This document shows, piece by piece, positions 8,749-17,120 of a stretch of 26,298 nt of DNA. The notes beneath the pieces were generated by a model. The model saw only the letters and a program-made list of their open reading frames with translations. It had not been told where the DNA came from and made no database searches. The DNA is from a virus (lineage: Duplodnaviria > Caudoviricetes), in IMG/VR virus record IMGVR_UViG_3300025712_000364, positions 1-26,298 of that record; one strand, given 5' to 3'. Numbering within the stretch: position 1 is the first letter of the stretch; each line of letters opens with the position of its first letter. The translations under genes and the position numbers were made by a program.

Positions 8749-9515
8749 TATACTACATTTATCACATACCAGGTAAAAAGATTGGTGTGACGTGTGATCT
8801 TAATAACCGGGTCACTGCACAACAAGGTTATGCACCTGACGAATACGAAATACTAGAAACACATAAAGATATAGATGTTGTTTCTAATAGAGAATTAGAA
8901 TTACAAAAAGAATATGGTTACAAGGTTGACCATAGACTTTATAAAACTTTAAACCCCAAAACCAAAATGAAAATAAACGTAACAGAACAAACTACTACGT
9001 TTCCAGTACCTATCGATAGACTAAAAGGTAGATTACACGATGTTATCGGTATGGAGTGGGAAACAGATCACGGTCGATTTAAAATAGACAGTGATACAAT
9101 ACAATGGATAATGAAAAACGTTAAAACTTCTATGTATAATCCTAACAGATCTTACATATATAACAAAGCGTTTTCAGTATTTGCTAGTAAACCTAGTGTT
9201 AAATGCTCTAAAAAACCTCTTAAGATGTTTGAAAGTATTAGATCTTGGGCTGAAGAGAGAGGTATATACGCTGAAGGCGATTCAAAAACTCAATTAATCA
9301 AACTACAAGAAGAAATGGGTGAGCTAGCTAAAGCTACATTAGAAAACGATAAGCCAGAAGTTATAGATGCTATTGGTGATATGGTTGTAGTATTAACTAA
9401 CTTAGCACATTTAAATGGTGTACACATTGAAACGTGTATAGCAGAAGCATATAATGTTATTGCTAAGAGAAAAGGCAAAATGATTAACGGTACATTTGTA
9501 AAAGATGAAGGTTAA
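8745..9515 (+). CDS. MazG-like NTP pyrophosphohydrolase with N-terminal GIY-YIG-like domain
   Basis: C-terminus W...RGI...Q..KLQEEMGELA...DAIGDMVVVL...AY..I..RKG.MING.FVK is MazG-like. N-terminus YIY...KIG.T.DL..R...RE.EL is GIY-YIG-like. Confidence 0.8.
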   Translation: MIYYIYHIPGKKIGVTCDLNNRVTAQQGYAPDEYEILETHKDIDVVSNRELELQKEYGYKVDHRLYKTLNPKTKMKINVTEQTTTFPVPIDRLKGRLHDVIGMEWETDHGRFKIDSDTIQWIMKNVKTSMYNPNRSYIYNKAFSVFASKPSVKCSKKPLKMFESIRSWAEERGIYAEGDSKTQLIKLQEEMGELAKATLENDKPEVIDAIGDMVVVLTNLAHLNGVHIETCIAEAYNVIAKRKGKMINGTFVKDEG

Positions 9516-9753
9516 TACTAAAGATCAAATAGTTCTTGACGTCATCAAGAAGATGGATGAAAGAAGTTTAGTTGGCCAAAAAAAGTATGGCCAAACGATG
9601 ACCAGTGAGGTCGAACAAGGCATGAAAGATCTTAATGATTTTTTAGATGATACTCAAGAAGAGATAATGGATGCATTGTTATATATACAAGCTGCTAAGA
9701 AATGTTTAGGAGATAAAATAATATATAGTTATCCAGATGAGGAGGAAAATTAG
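9505..9753 (+). CDS. Small all-alpha protein, probable nucleotide pyrophosphatase-like
   Basis: R...G.KKYG.T...L...QEEIMDALLY with an EE..D acidic metal-binding pattern. Confidence 0.55.
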   Translation: MKVNTKDQIVLDVIKKMDERSLVGQKKYGQTMTSEVEQGMKDLNDFLDDTQEEIMDALLYIQAAKKCLGDKIIYSYPDEEEN

Positions 9754-10180
9754 AAGAAAAAAACGAGGTCCTGTCGTCAGTAAAAAAGTTACTGTTGATG
9801 GGATTAAGTTTGCTAGTGGACTTGAAGCCTATATGTATAGAGCTTTAAAGAAAGCTAAGATAAAAGCTCAGTACGAGAAACGTTCGTTTGAATTACAACC
9901 TTCATTTGAATTAAAAAATTCATCATATGAAAGGCAATCAAACGGTAAAGGTGATATGATTAATAGAGGAAACAAAAAGGTTTTATCTATAAATTATACA
10001 CCAGATTTTGAAGGCACGAATTTTATTATTGAATGTAAGGGTAGAGCTAATGAATCATTTCCACTACGTTGGAAGTTATTCAAAAAAGTTATAGCTGATA
10101 ACTACCCTAAAGTGAGGTTATTTAAACCTCAAAAACAAAACGAGTGCGATGAAGTTGTTAAATTAATAAAACATGGCTAG
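9737..10180 (+). CDS. PD-(D/E)XK endonuclease (DUF1064 / T7 endonuclease I-like resolvase)
   Basis: VDGIKFASGLE, YE...FELQP.F, YTPDF and IIECKG. Confidence 0.8.
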   Translation: MRRKIRRKKRGPVVSKKVTVDGIKFASGLEAYMYRALKKAKIKAQYEKRSFELQPSFELKNSSYERQSNGKGDMINRGNKKVLSINYTPDFEGTNFIIECKGRANESFPLRWKLFKKVIADNYPKVRLFKPQKQNECDEVVKLIKHG

Positions 10181-10313
10181 AACATTAAACTTACAAGCGT
10201 ATAGGTTTAAACCTAAAAAGAAAAGACCAGGTATTCACTCTAAAAATAGGAATACAAAAAATATAAACGGTAAGTATTATAGTGGGTCTAGCTACAGAGG
10301 ACAAGGAAGATGA
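10173..10313 (+). CDS. Small basic protein (46 aa, RPG.HSK...YRGQGR type)
   Basis: Hand translation MARTLNLQAYRFKPKKKRPGIHSKNRNTKNINGKYYSGSSYRGQGR*. The C-terminal YRGQGR motif recurs in aquatic phages. Confidence 0.7.
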   Translation: MARTLNLQAYRFKPKKKRPGIHSKNRNTKNINGKYYSGSSYRGQGR

Positions 10314-10459
10314 AATTAATTAGTTGGGAATTAAGCTTTGGAATTTATCCAGGGTTTTTAGCAGGATACAGGCAGTACATTGATAACGATAATTTAAAAG
10401 TTGATCACGTGTTGTATGTATTCTTATTTGATATTTGTTTATCTTTATACTACGAATAA
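10310..10459 (+). CDS. Hypothetical protein (49 aa)
   Basis: ATGA overlap. MKLISWELSFGIYPGFLAGYRQYIDNDNLKVDHVLYVFLFDICLSLYYE*, ending 2 nt before the nrdB ATG. Confidence 0.6.
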   Translation: MKLISWELSFGIYPGFLAGYRQYIDNDNLKVDHVLYVFLFDICLSLYYE

Positions 10460-10461
10460 TT

Positions 10462-11421
10462 ATGGGACTATTTGATAAAAGAATTGCATATAAACCTTTT
10501 GAGTATCCAGAATACTATACAGAAGGTTGGTTACCACAAGCGCAAGCGTTTTGGTTACACACAGAAATACCTATGTCAGGTGATGTGAAAGACTGGAACG
10601 AAAAACTTACTAAAGAAGAAAAGCATTTAGTTGGTAACATATTATTAGGGTTTGCTCAAACTGAGTGTGCCGTGTCAGATTACTGGACACAGAAAGTTGT
10701 TGGTTGGTTTCCTAAACATGAGATACAACAGATGTCTATGATGTTTGGAAGTCAAGAAACAATACACGCAGTAGCATATTCCTATTTAAACGAAACGCTA
10801 GGTCTTGAAGACTTTGAAGCGTTTTTACACGAACCTGCTACAGCAGAAAGGTTCGATAACTTAGTTAGTTATGATGGTACAGATCCAATAGAGATAGGTA
10901 AATCTTTAGCAGTGTTTAGTGCATTTGCTGAAGGTGTAAGCTTATACTCTGCGTTTGCGGTACTATATAGCTTTCAACTAAGAAACTTGTTAAAAGGTGT
11001 CGGTCAACAAATGAAGTGGTCTGTTAGAGATGAATCGCTTCATAGTAAAATGGGTTGCAAGTTGTTTAATCACATGTGTGAAGAAAAACCACTATTGCGT
11101 AAAGCTTGTAAACCTCATGTTCATGATGCAGCTATGACAATGCTAGAATTAGAAGAAAAATATATAGACAAGATGTTTGAGAAGGGTGATCTGGAAAACT
11201 TAACTGCTTATGATTTAAAACAATTTATAAGAAGAAGAACAAATGAGAAACTTAAGGAACTCGGATATGAAGAGCTCTTCGACTACGACAAAAAAGCCGC
11301 GAAAAACCTGGATTGGTTTTATCATCTTACTGGCGGGCATACTCATACCGACTTTTTTGCTATTAGGCCAACAGACTACAGCAAAGCGAACGAAGGCGAA
11401 GATTTCGAAGATATTTGGTAG
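10462..11421 (+). CDS. nrdB: Class I ribonucleotide reductase beta subunit
   Basis: Start reassigned to ATG 10462 (MGLFDKRIAYKPFEYP). Ferritin-like ligands FAQTE, QETIH...Y, AEG.SLYSAF and RDESLH. C-terminal DFFA.RPTDY.K. Confidence 0.95.
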   Translation: MGLFDKRIAYKPFEYPEYYTEGWLPQAQAFWLHTEIPMSGDVKDWNEKLTKEEKHLVGNILLGFAQTECAVSDYWTQKVVGWFPKHEIQQMSMMFGSQETIHAVAYSYLNETLGLEDFEAFLHEPATAERFDNLVSYDGTDPIEIGKSLAVFSAFAEGVSLYSAFAVLYSFQLRNLLKGVGQQMKWSVRDESLHSKMGCKLFNHMCEEKPLLRKACKPHVHDAAMTMLELEEKYIDKMFEKGDLENLTAYDLKQFIRRRTNEKLKELGYEELFDYDKKAAKNLDWFYHLTGGHTHTDFFAIRPTDYSKANEGEDFEDIW

Positions 11422-11428
11422 GTAATAT

Positions 11429-13150
11429 ATGTGGAGTAACAGATGGATAAAAGGTCAGGACTACCCAGAGTGGGCAGACGCTGATGTGTATAAAAAAACA
11501 ATAACTGGTGGTTATCTTTATAACGGAGAGACACCTAAAGAAGCTTACAAACGTGTAGCTAAAACAGCTGCAATGCGACTTAAAAAGCCTGAGCTTGAAG
11601 AAAAATTCTTTGAGTATATATGGAATGGTTGGTTATGTTTAGCTTCGCCAGTTTTATCAAACCTAGGTACAGAGAGAGGTTTACCTATCTCTTGCTTTGG
11701 TATTGATGTAGCTGATAGTATACAAGACATAGGACAAAAAAACCTAGAGATGATGCTATTAGCTAAACACGGTGGTGGCGTAGGTATAGGTATAAATCAA
11801 ATTAGACCAGCTGGATCAGAGATTACAATGAACGGTACATCGGATGGTGTTGTACCTTTCTGTAAGATATATGATTCAACTATACTTGCTACAAACCAAG
11901 GTGCTGTAAGAAGAGGTGCAGCATCAGTTAATTTAAATATAGAACATAAAGACTGGGAAGACTGGTTAGAGATAAGAGAGCCAAAGGGTGACGTTAATAG
12001 ACAATCACTTAACTTACATCAATGCACTGTTATTGGTGATAAGTTCATGAGAAAGCTTGCTGCTGGTGATAAGGTTGCAAGAAGAAAGTGGGGTAAGCTA
12101 TTACAAAAACGTAAAGCAACTGGTGAGCCTTATATAATGTTCAAGGGTAATGTTAATAAACAAAACCCTAGTATGTATAAAGATAATGCTTTGAAAGTTT
12201 ATATGACTAACATATGTTCTGAAATAGTATTACATACAGATGAGAACCATAGCTTTGTATGTTGTTTATCTAGTTTAAACCTAGCTAAATATCATGAGTG
12301 GAAAGATACAAATCTAATATACGATAGTATATGGTTTTTAGATGGCGTACTAGAAGAGTTTATACAGAAGGCTAAGAACAGAAGAGGCTTTGAAAACGCT
12401 GTAAGGTTTGCTGAGAAAAGCAGAGCTTTAGGCTTAGGTGTTTTAGGTTGGCATACTTATTTACAACAATTAGGTTTTCCTTTCGAAGGATTATTAGCAC
12501 AATATGAAACAAGAAGGATTTTTAGTCAGATTAAAATTGAAAGTGAAAGGGCTAGCATGGCGCTTGCAGAGACGTATGGTGAGCCGCTATGGTGCGTGGG
12601 TTCCGGATTCCGTAATACTCACCTTCGTGCTATTGCACCTACCGTTTCTAACTCAAAGCTTGCTGGCAATATTAGCCCAGGAATCGAGCCGTGGGCTGCT
12701 AATGTATTTACGGATCAAAGCGCGAAGGGCACGTTTATCCGTAAGAATCCGACTCTTGTCGAAGAATTCAAGAAACACAACTTGAATAATGACAAGGTAT
12801 GGGATCAGGTATTAGCTGATGGTGGATCTGTGCAAGGTATAAAGGCATTAGATAAGATTACTGTAGGTGAACACGATGTACCTATAAAAGATGTTTACAA
12901 AACATTTAAAGAGATAAATCAACTAGAGCTTGTTAATCAAGCTGGCATACGTCAGCAATATATAGATCAAGCTGTTAGTTTAAATTTAGCATTTCCTTCT
13001 GAGGTAGATCCTAAGTGGTTAAACAAAACACATTTAGAAGCTTGGAAAAGAGGAATAAAAACATTGTATTATATGAGAACCGAGTCTGTGCTTAGAGGTG
13101 ATATAGCCAAACAAGCAATGGACCCTAACTGTTTAAGTTGTGATGGATAA
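11429..13150 (+). CDS. nrdA: Class I ribonucleotide reductase alpha subunit (short, no ATP cone)
   Basis: ASPVLSN, PISCF, GGGVG, QG..RRGA, TNICSEI (N-C-E), VCCLSS, IAPT.SNS, TLYYMR and C-terminal CLSCDG. Confidence 0.96.
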   Translation: MWSNRWIKGQDYPEWADADVYKKTITGGYLYNGETPKEAYKRVAKTAAMRLKKPELEEKFFEYIWNGWLCLASPVLSNLGTERGLPISCFGIDVADSIQDIGQKNLEMMLLAKHGGGVGIGINQIRPAGSEITMNGTSDGVVPFCKIYDSTILATNQGAVRRGAASVNLNIEHKDWEDWLEIREPKGDVNRQSLNLHQCTVIGDKFMRKLAAGDKVARRKWGKLLQKRKATGEPYIMFKGNVNKQNPSMYKDNALKVYMTNICSEIVLHTDENHSFVCCLSSLNLAKYHEWKDTNLIYDSIWFLDGVLEEFIQKAKNRRGFENAVRFAEKSRALGLGVLGWHTYLQQLGFPFEGLLAQYETRRIFSQIKIESERASMALAETYGEPLWCVGSGFRNTHLRAIAPTVSNSKLAGNISPGIEPWAANVFTDQSAKGTFIRKNPTLVEEFKKHNLNNDKVWDQVLADGGSVQGIKALDKITVGEHDVPIKDVYKTFKEINQLELVNQAGIRQQYIDQAVSLNLAFPSEVDPKWLNKTHLEAWKRGIKTLYYMRTESVLRGDIAKQAMDPNCLSCDG

Positions 13151-13922
13151 TTTAATGAAAGAGTTACTAGATCCTGTTGATCCTAAAGTATTTTTTAAAG
13201 AGTACTGGGGTAAAAAGCATTTAGTATTAAGAAGAAATAAATTTAAAAACCTGTTTAATTGGAATGACTTTGAGCAGTATGTGAACGAGTTTCCTAAAAT
13301 ACCTAACCTACAAATAATAGGTTGGGATGATAAACATGAGAAGTGGTGTCTTGATAAGGTTAAAAAAGGTAAATTAAAATTACCTATGCTAACTAAAACA
13401 CAAGTACACAAAGCATGGACAGATGGTAAGTCATTTGTAATACCATTTGCTGAATATAGAAAAGAAGTACTTATGAATGTTTGTAAAACATTTGAAAGGT
13501 ATTTTGCAAAAGGTCAGGTTAATGTATACGCATCGCCTGGTAAAGGATCTAAAAGTTTTCCAGCGCACGCTGATAATACAGAAAACTTTTTATTTCATAC
13601 TCAAGGTAGAGTTAAATGGAGAATATTTAAAGAGTTTGCACCAGATAAACCTAAAGAAATACTTGAAGAGTTTATATTAGAAGCAGGTGATTTATTATAT
13701 ATACCACAGTTTCAATATCATGAGGTTATACCTATTGGCGCTAGAATATTATGTAGTATTCATTTTCCAAACAAACCAAAGCAGTCATTAAAGAATTTTC
13801 AAATATCAAAAAATTCTAAACGTGAGCCATGGTATAAATGGCAACCAGAAAAGTATGATGCTGATGGTTATAGAAATAATGAAGACTTTCCATACAAATG
13901 GAAACATTCTAGAAAATGGTAA
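13143..13922 (+). CDS. JmjC/cupin-4 (YcfD/ROX-like) 2OG-Fe(II) oxygenase
   Basis: FFKEYWGKK.L, NVYASP...SFPAHAD...F..TQG...W, LEAGDLLYIP...YHEV giving the HxD...H triad. Overlaps the nrdA stop. Confidence 0.85.
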   Translation: MDNLMKELLDPVDPKVFFKEYWGKKHLVLRRNKFKNLFNWNDFEQYVNEFPKIPNLQIIGWDDKHEKWCLDKVKKGKLKLPMLTKTQVHKAWTDGKSFVIPFAEYRKEVLMNVCKTFERYFAKGQVNVYASPGKGSKSFPAHADNTENFLFHTQGRVKWRIFKEFAPDKPKEILEEFILEAGDLLYIPQFQYHEVIPIGARILCSIHFPNKPKQSLKNFQISKNSKREPWYKWQPEKYDADGYRNNEDFPYKWKHSRKW

Positions 13923-13923
13923 C

Positions 13924-14862
13924 ATGAAACAAGAAGAAAGAAAAAATCATCAAGTACACGATGCAGACACTTTTCTTGAATATAGAAGAAAACAAGAACA
14001 AGTACATTTAAATAGAATAAAAGGTAGTACTAATCCGTTAGATGCTATACTTACTATTGAACTTAATACAACTGAGTTGTGTAATAGAAAATGTATATTT
14101 TGTCCAAGGTTTGCGGCTGATGTTTATCCTAATAGGAATTTAAACATGAGTGTTGAAGTTGCTGAAAAAATAGCTAAGCATTTAGCTGATGCTAATTATA
14201 CAGGTAGAATATCTTTTAGTGGATACAGTGAAGGACTATTAAATAAAAGCTTTGCTGATATAGTTTTTACTTTTAGAAAACATTTAAAAGATAATCTACT
14301 AGAGTGTAACACAAATGGTGATGTGTTAGGTACGAGAGTAAATCCTCAGGACCTATATAACTCAGGCTTAGATATGTTGTATATAAATATGTATGATGGA
14401 CCAGATCAAGCCGATCACTTTCTTAAAATAATGGAAGAGGCTGGTGTATCAAAACGTAAGTTTAGTTTGCGAGCTCATTATAATTTAAAAGATTATGGTT
14501 TAAAGCTTAATAATAGAAGTGGTGTAATAGACTGGATAGGTTTTGAAGATCACGATATTGAAGAGTTGAAAGGTAAACCATGTCATTATCCATTTTATAA
14601 AATGTTTGTTGACTGGAATGGCGATGTATTGTTTTGCTCAAACGATTGGGGTAAAGAAAGAAAGATAGGTAATATAGCTAAACAAACTTTAGAAGAGGTT
14701 TGGATGGCTGATGATATGAAAGAGATAAGACAAAGATTAAAGCACGGTGATAGATCACAGAGCCCATGTGATAAATGCTCTGTTAAAGGTGATTTATTTG
14801 GTAAGCCTAGTTTTGATCTTATAAATAAACATTATGAAAGTAGCGATAACGGGAACAACTAG
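13924..14862 (+). CDS. Radical SAM enzyme with SPASM/twitch domain
   Basis: CNRKCIFC (CxxxCxxC), SGYSE and NTNG. C-terminal CHYPF...VDWNGDV.FC.ND...IGNI...L.EVW...PCDKC. Start reassigned to ATG 13924. Confidence 0.9.
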   Translation: MKQEERKNHQVHDADTFLEYRRKQEQVHLNRIKGSTNPLDAILTIELNTTELCNRKCIFCPRFAADVYPNRNLNMSVEVAEKIAKHLADANYTGRISFSGYSEGLLNKSFADIVFTFRKHLKDNLLECNTNGDVLGTRVNPQDLYNSGLDMLYINMYDGPDQADHFLKIMEEAGVSKRKFSLRAHYNLKDYGLKLNNRSGVIDWIGFEDHDIEELKGKPCHYPFYKMFVDWNGDVLFCSNDWGKERKIGNIAKQTLEEVWMADDMKEIRQRLKHGDRSQSPCDKCSVKGDLFGKPSFDLINKHYESSDNGNN

Positions 14863-15433
14863 AGGCTTAGGTAAAGCAATACAAAATGAGTTGTGTGGCA
14901 AGTGGGTACCAGTAGGTTTTAATAGGCCTAAGTATGATATATGCTGTCCTAAATGTATAAATGCATTAACTGAAGAATTAAAAAACCCTGAGTATAGAGT
15001 TTTTATAAACAACGCTCATGAAACATTTTGTCAGACAGAAGTGTTAGCGGCTGTGTTTAACTTATGGGCTAATGACTCAAGTAAAGTTATTGTAAATATA
15101 AATAGTAGAGCAAAGTATCCTAACCTATCAAAGGGTCTTATGTATTCGGCTTCTAAAGCTTCGTTATCACATTTATCAGATAGTTTAAAATTTACTACAC
15201 CTAAAAAATGTAAGATAGTAGATGTTAACTTAGGTTTACTTGAATCAGATTTACCCAGTTTAACATATAAAGAAGCGGCACATACTATAGTATGGGTAAT
15301 TCAAAACGCTACTCAAAGAAGAAAATTAGAAATAGGCTCAATAGATTTGTATCACAATGAGTCTTATGTAGAAGTACAAAAACAAAAACAAATAAAATTA
15401 AATGAAAGCAGGAAAAATATGGGGAAAAACTGA
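14834..15433 (+). CDS. Short-chain dehydrogenase/reductase (SDR)
   Basis: VAITGTTRGLG (TGxxxGxG), INNA, NINS and catalytic YSASK. Confidence 0.9.
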   Translation: MKVAITGTTRGLGKAIQNELCGKWVPVGFNRPKYDICCPKCINALTEELKNPEYRVFINNAHETFCQTEVLAAVFNLWANDSSKVIVNINSRAKYPNLSKGLMYSASKASLSHLSDSLKFTTPKKCKIVDVNLGLLESDLPSLTYKEAAHTIVWVIQNATQRRKLEIGSIDLYHNESYVEVQKQKQIKLNESRKNMGKN

Positions 15434-15746
15434 AAAGATCCACGCTAATGGAGTTTTTGAGTTTCACCGAATAGAATTTAATAAAGGATTTAAATGCTCA
15501 GAACACGAGCATGAATTTAAATGGAACGGATTTTATGTAGAGTCCGGTAAAATGTTAATCAGAGTCTGGCAAGATGATCAAAATCTTTTAGATGAGACAA
15601 TATTAGAAGCAGGTGATTTTACTATGGTTAAACCTGGTAAATATCATCAGTTTGAAGGTATTGAAGATGGTGTAGCTTTTGAGTTATACTGGGCTGAGTT
15701 TAACCACGATGATATAAAAAGAAGAACATCAGGTAAGAGAGCATGA
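15402..15746 (+). CDS. Cupin-domain protein (sugar isomerase-like)
   Basis: K.WG.TE, CSEHEH..K...FYVESG and L.AGD...V.PG.YHQF, a metal-binding cupin resembling sugar(-phosphate) isomerase cupins. Confidence 0.8.
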   Translation: MKAGKIWGKTEKIHANGVFEFHRIEFNKGFKCSEHEHEFKWNGFYVESGKMLIRVWQDDQNLLDETILEAGDFTMVKPGKYHQFEGIEDGVAFELYWAEFNHDDIKRRTSGKRA

Positions 15747-16375
15747 AAGATATAGTATTTGTAATACCAGCTAGACTAGAGAGTACTAGGCTAAAACATA
15801 AAATGCTTATGATGTTTGATGATGAGCCACTAATACGTATAGTATTTGATAAAGTACGTACTATGGGTTATGATACATTTGTTATAACTGATAGTCCTAA
15901 AATAGCAGAAGTTATACCTAGCAACAATGTTATCATGTCTCATGAGGCAGAAAATGGGACAGCTAGAATAGCTCAAGCTCATGAATTTTTAAACCAGTAT
16001 CAAACTATAATCAATATACAGGGTGACATGATAGATATAACACATAAAACTGTAAAGCCTTTTATTGATAGAGCTAAAAATAATTTTGTAGTATACACAG
16101 CTTACACAAAAGGTTACGAGCCAAACGGTGTTAAGGTTGTACATCAAGCAGGTAAAGCTATGTGGTTTACTAGATCTGATATTGGTTATGGTGATAGACA
16201 CCTTGGTATATATATGTATAGACCATACGCTTTACAGTGTTATGACTTATTAGATGATGAATATCCACAAGAAAACTTAGAACAAAATAGATATTTAGGT
16301 TTATATGATATTAAAGTATGTGAGGTTAAATATGAAGGTAGAGAAATAAATACACAAGAAGATGTTAATGGATAA
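15743..16375 (+). CDS. kdsB: 3-deoxy-manno-octulosonate cytidylyltransferase (CMP-Kdo synthetase)
   Basis: VIPARLESTRL..K.L, GTARIA, INIQGD, F.RS.I, H.GIY.Y, E.LEQ.R.L and INT.ED. Confidence 0.9.
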   Translation: MKDIVFVIPARLESTRLKHKMLMMFDDEPLIRIVFDKVRTMGYDTFVITDSPKIAEVIPSNNVIMSHEAENGTARIAQAHEFLNQYQTIINIQGDMIDITHKTVKPFIDRAKNNFVVYTAYTKGYEPNGVKVVHQAGKAMWFTRSDIGYGDRHLGIYMYRPYALQCYDLLDDEYPQENLEQNRYLGLYDIKVCEVKYEGREINTQEDVNG

Positions 16376-17120
16376 GTTTATAATATCAGGACCATGTGTT
16401 ATAGAAAGCGAGTACACATGCATGAAAATAGCAGAGAAAGTAAAAGAACTTACAGCTAAGTATGGTTTTGATTACATATTTAAAGCTTCATTTGATAAAG
16501 CAAACAGAACTTCTGTAGACTCATACAGAGGACCAGGTTTACAAGAGGGATTAGAAATACTAGCTAAAGTTAAAAAAGAGTTTGATGTTCAAATAACAAC
16601 AGACATACACGAACCTATACAAGCTATACAAGTTAAAGATGTTGTTGATGTTATACAAATACCTGCTTTTTTATGTAGACAAACAGATCTTTTACTTGCA
16701 GCCGGCAGAACAGGTAAGACCGTAAATATAAAGAAGGCACAGTTTATGAGTGGTAACAACATGGAGCACCCAATTAAAAAAGTGCAATCCACGTGTAATA
16801 ATAATATAATGGTAACTGAGCGTGGAACTATGTTTGGTTTAGGTAACTTAGTTGTAGATTTCCGACAGATACTAGATATGAAAAAATTTAACGTACCTAT
16901 AGTTATGGACGTTACTCATTCAACTCAAAAGCCTAGCGCTCTTGGCAATAAAAGTGGTGGTGATAGAAAGTATGCACCATACATAGCTAAGTTAGCACAA
17001 GCAGTTGATGTTGATGGTTACTTCTTTGAAGTACACCCTGACCCAGACAACGCTTTAAGCGATGGTCCTAACATGGTACCGTTAAATAATTTTGAAACAA
17101 TATTAAAATTTATAGCATGA
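16368..17120 (+). CDS. kdsA: Kdo-8-phosphate synthase (metal-dependent type)
   Basis: GPCVIES, FKASFDKANRTS..SYRGPG, TDIHE, QIPAFLCRQTDLL, NIKK.QF, ERG, D.THS.Q and EVHPDP..ALSDG. Start is 16368 or 16362. Confidence 0.96.
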   Translation: MDKFIISGPCVIESEYTCMKIAEKVKELTAKYGFDYIFKASFDKANRTSVDSYRGPGLQEGLEILAKVKKEFDVQITTDIHEPIQAIQVKDVVDVIQIPAFLCRQTDLLLAAGRTGKTVNIKKAQFMSGNNMEHPIKKVQSTCNNNIMVTERGTMFGLGNLVVDFRQILDMKKFNVPIVMDVTHSTQKPSALGNKSGGDRKYAPYIAKLAQAVDVDGYFFEVHPDPDNALSDGPNMVPLNNFETILKFIA

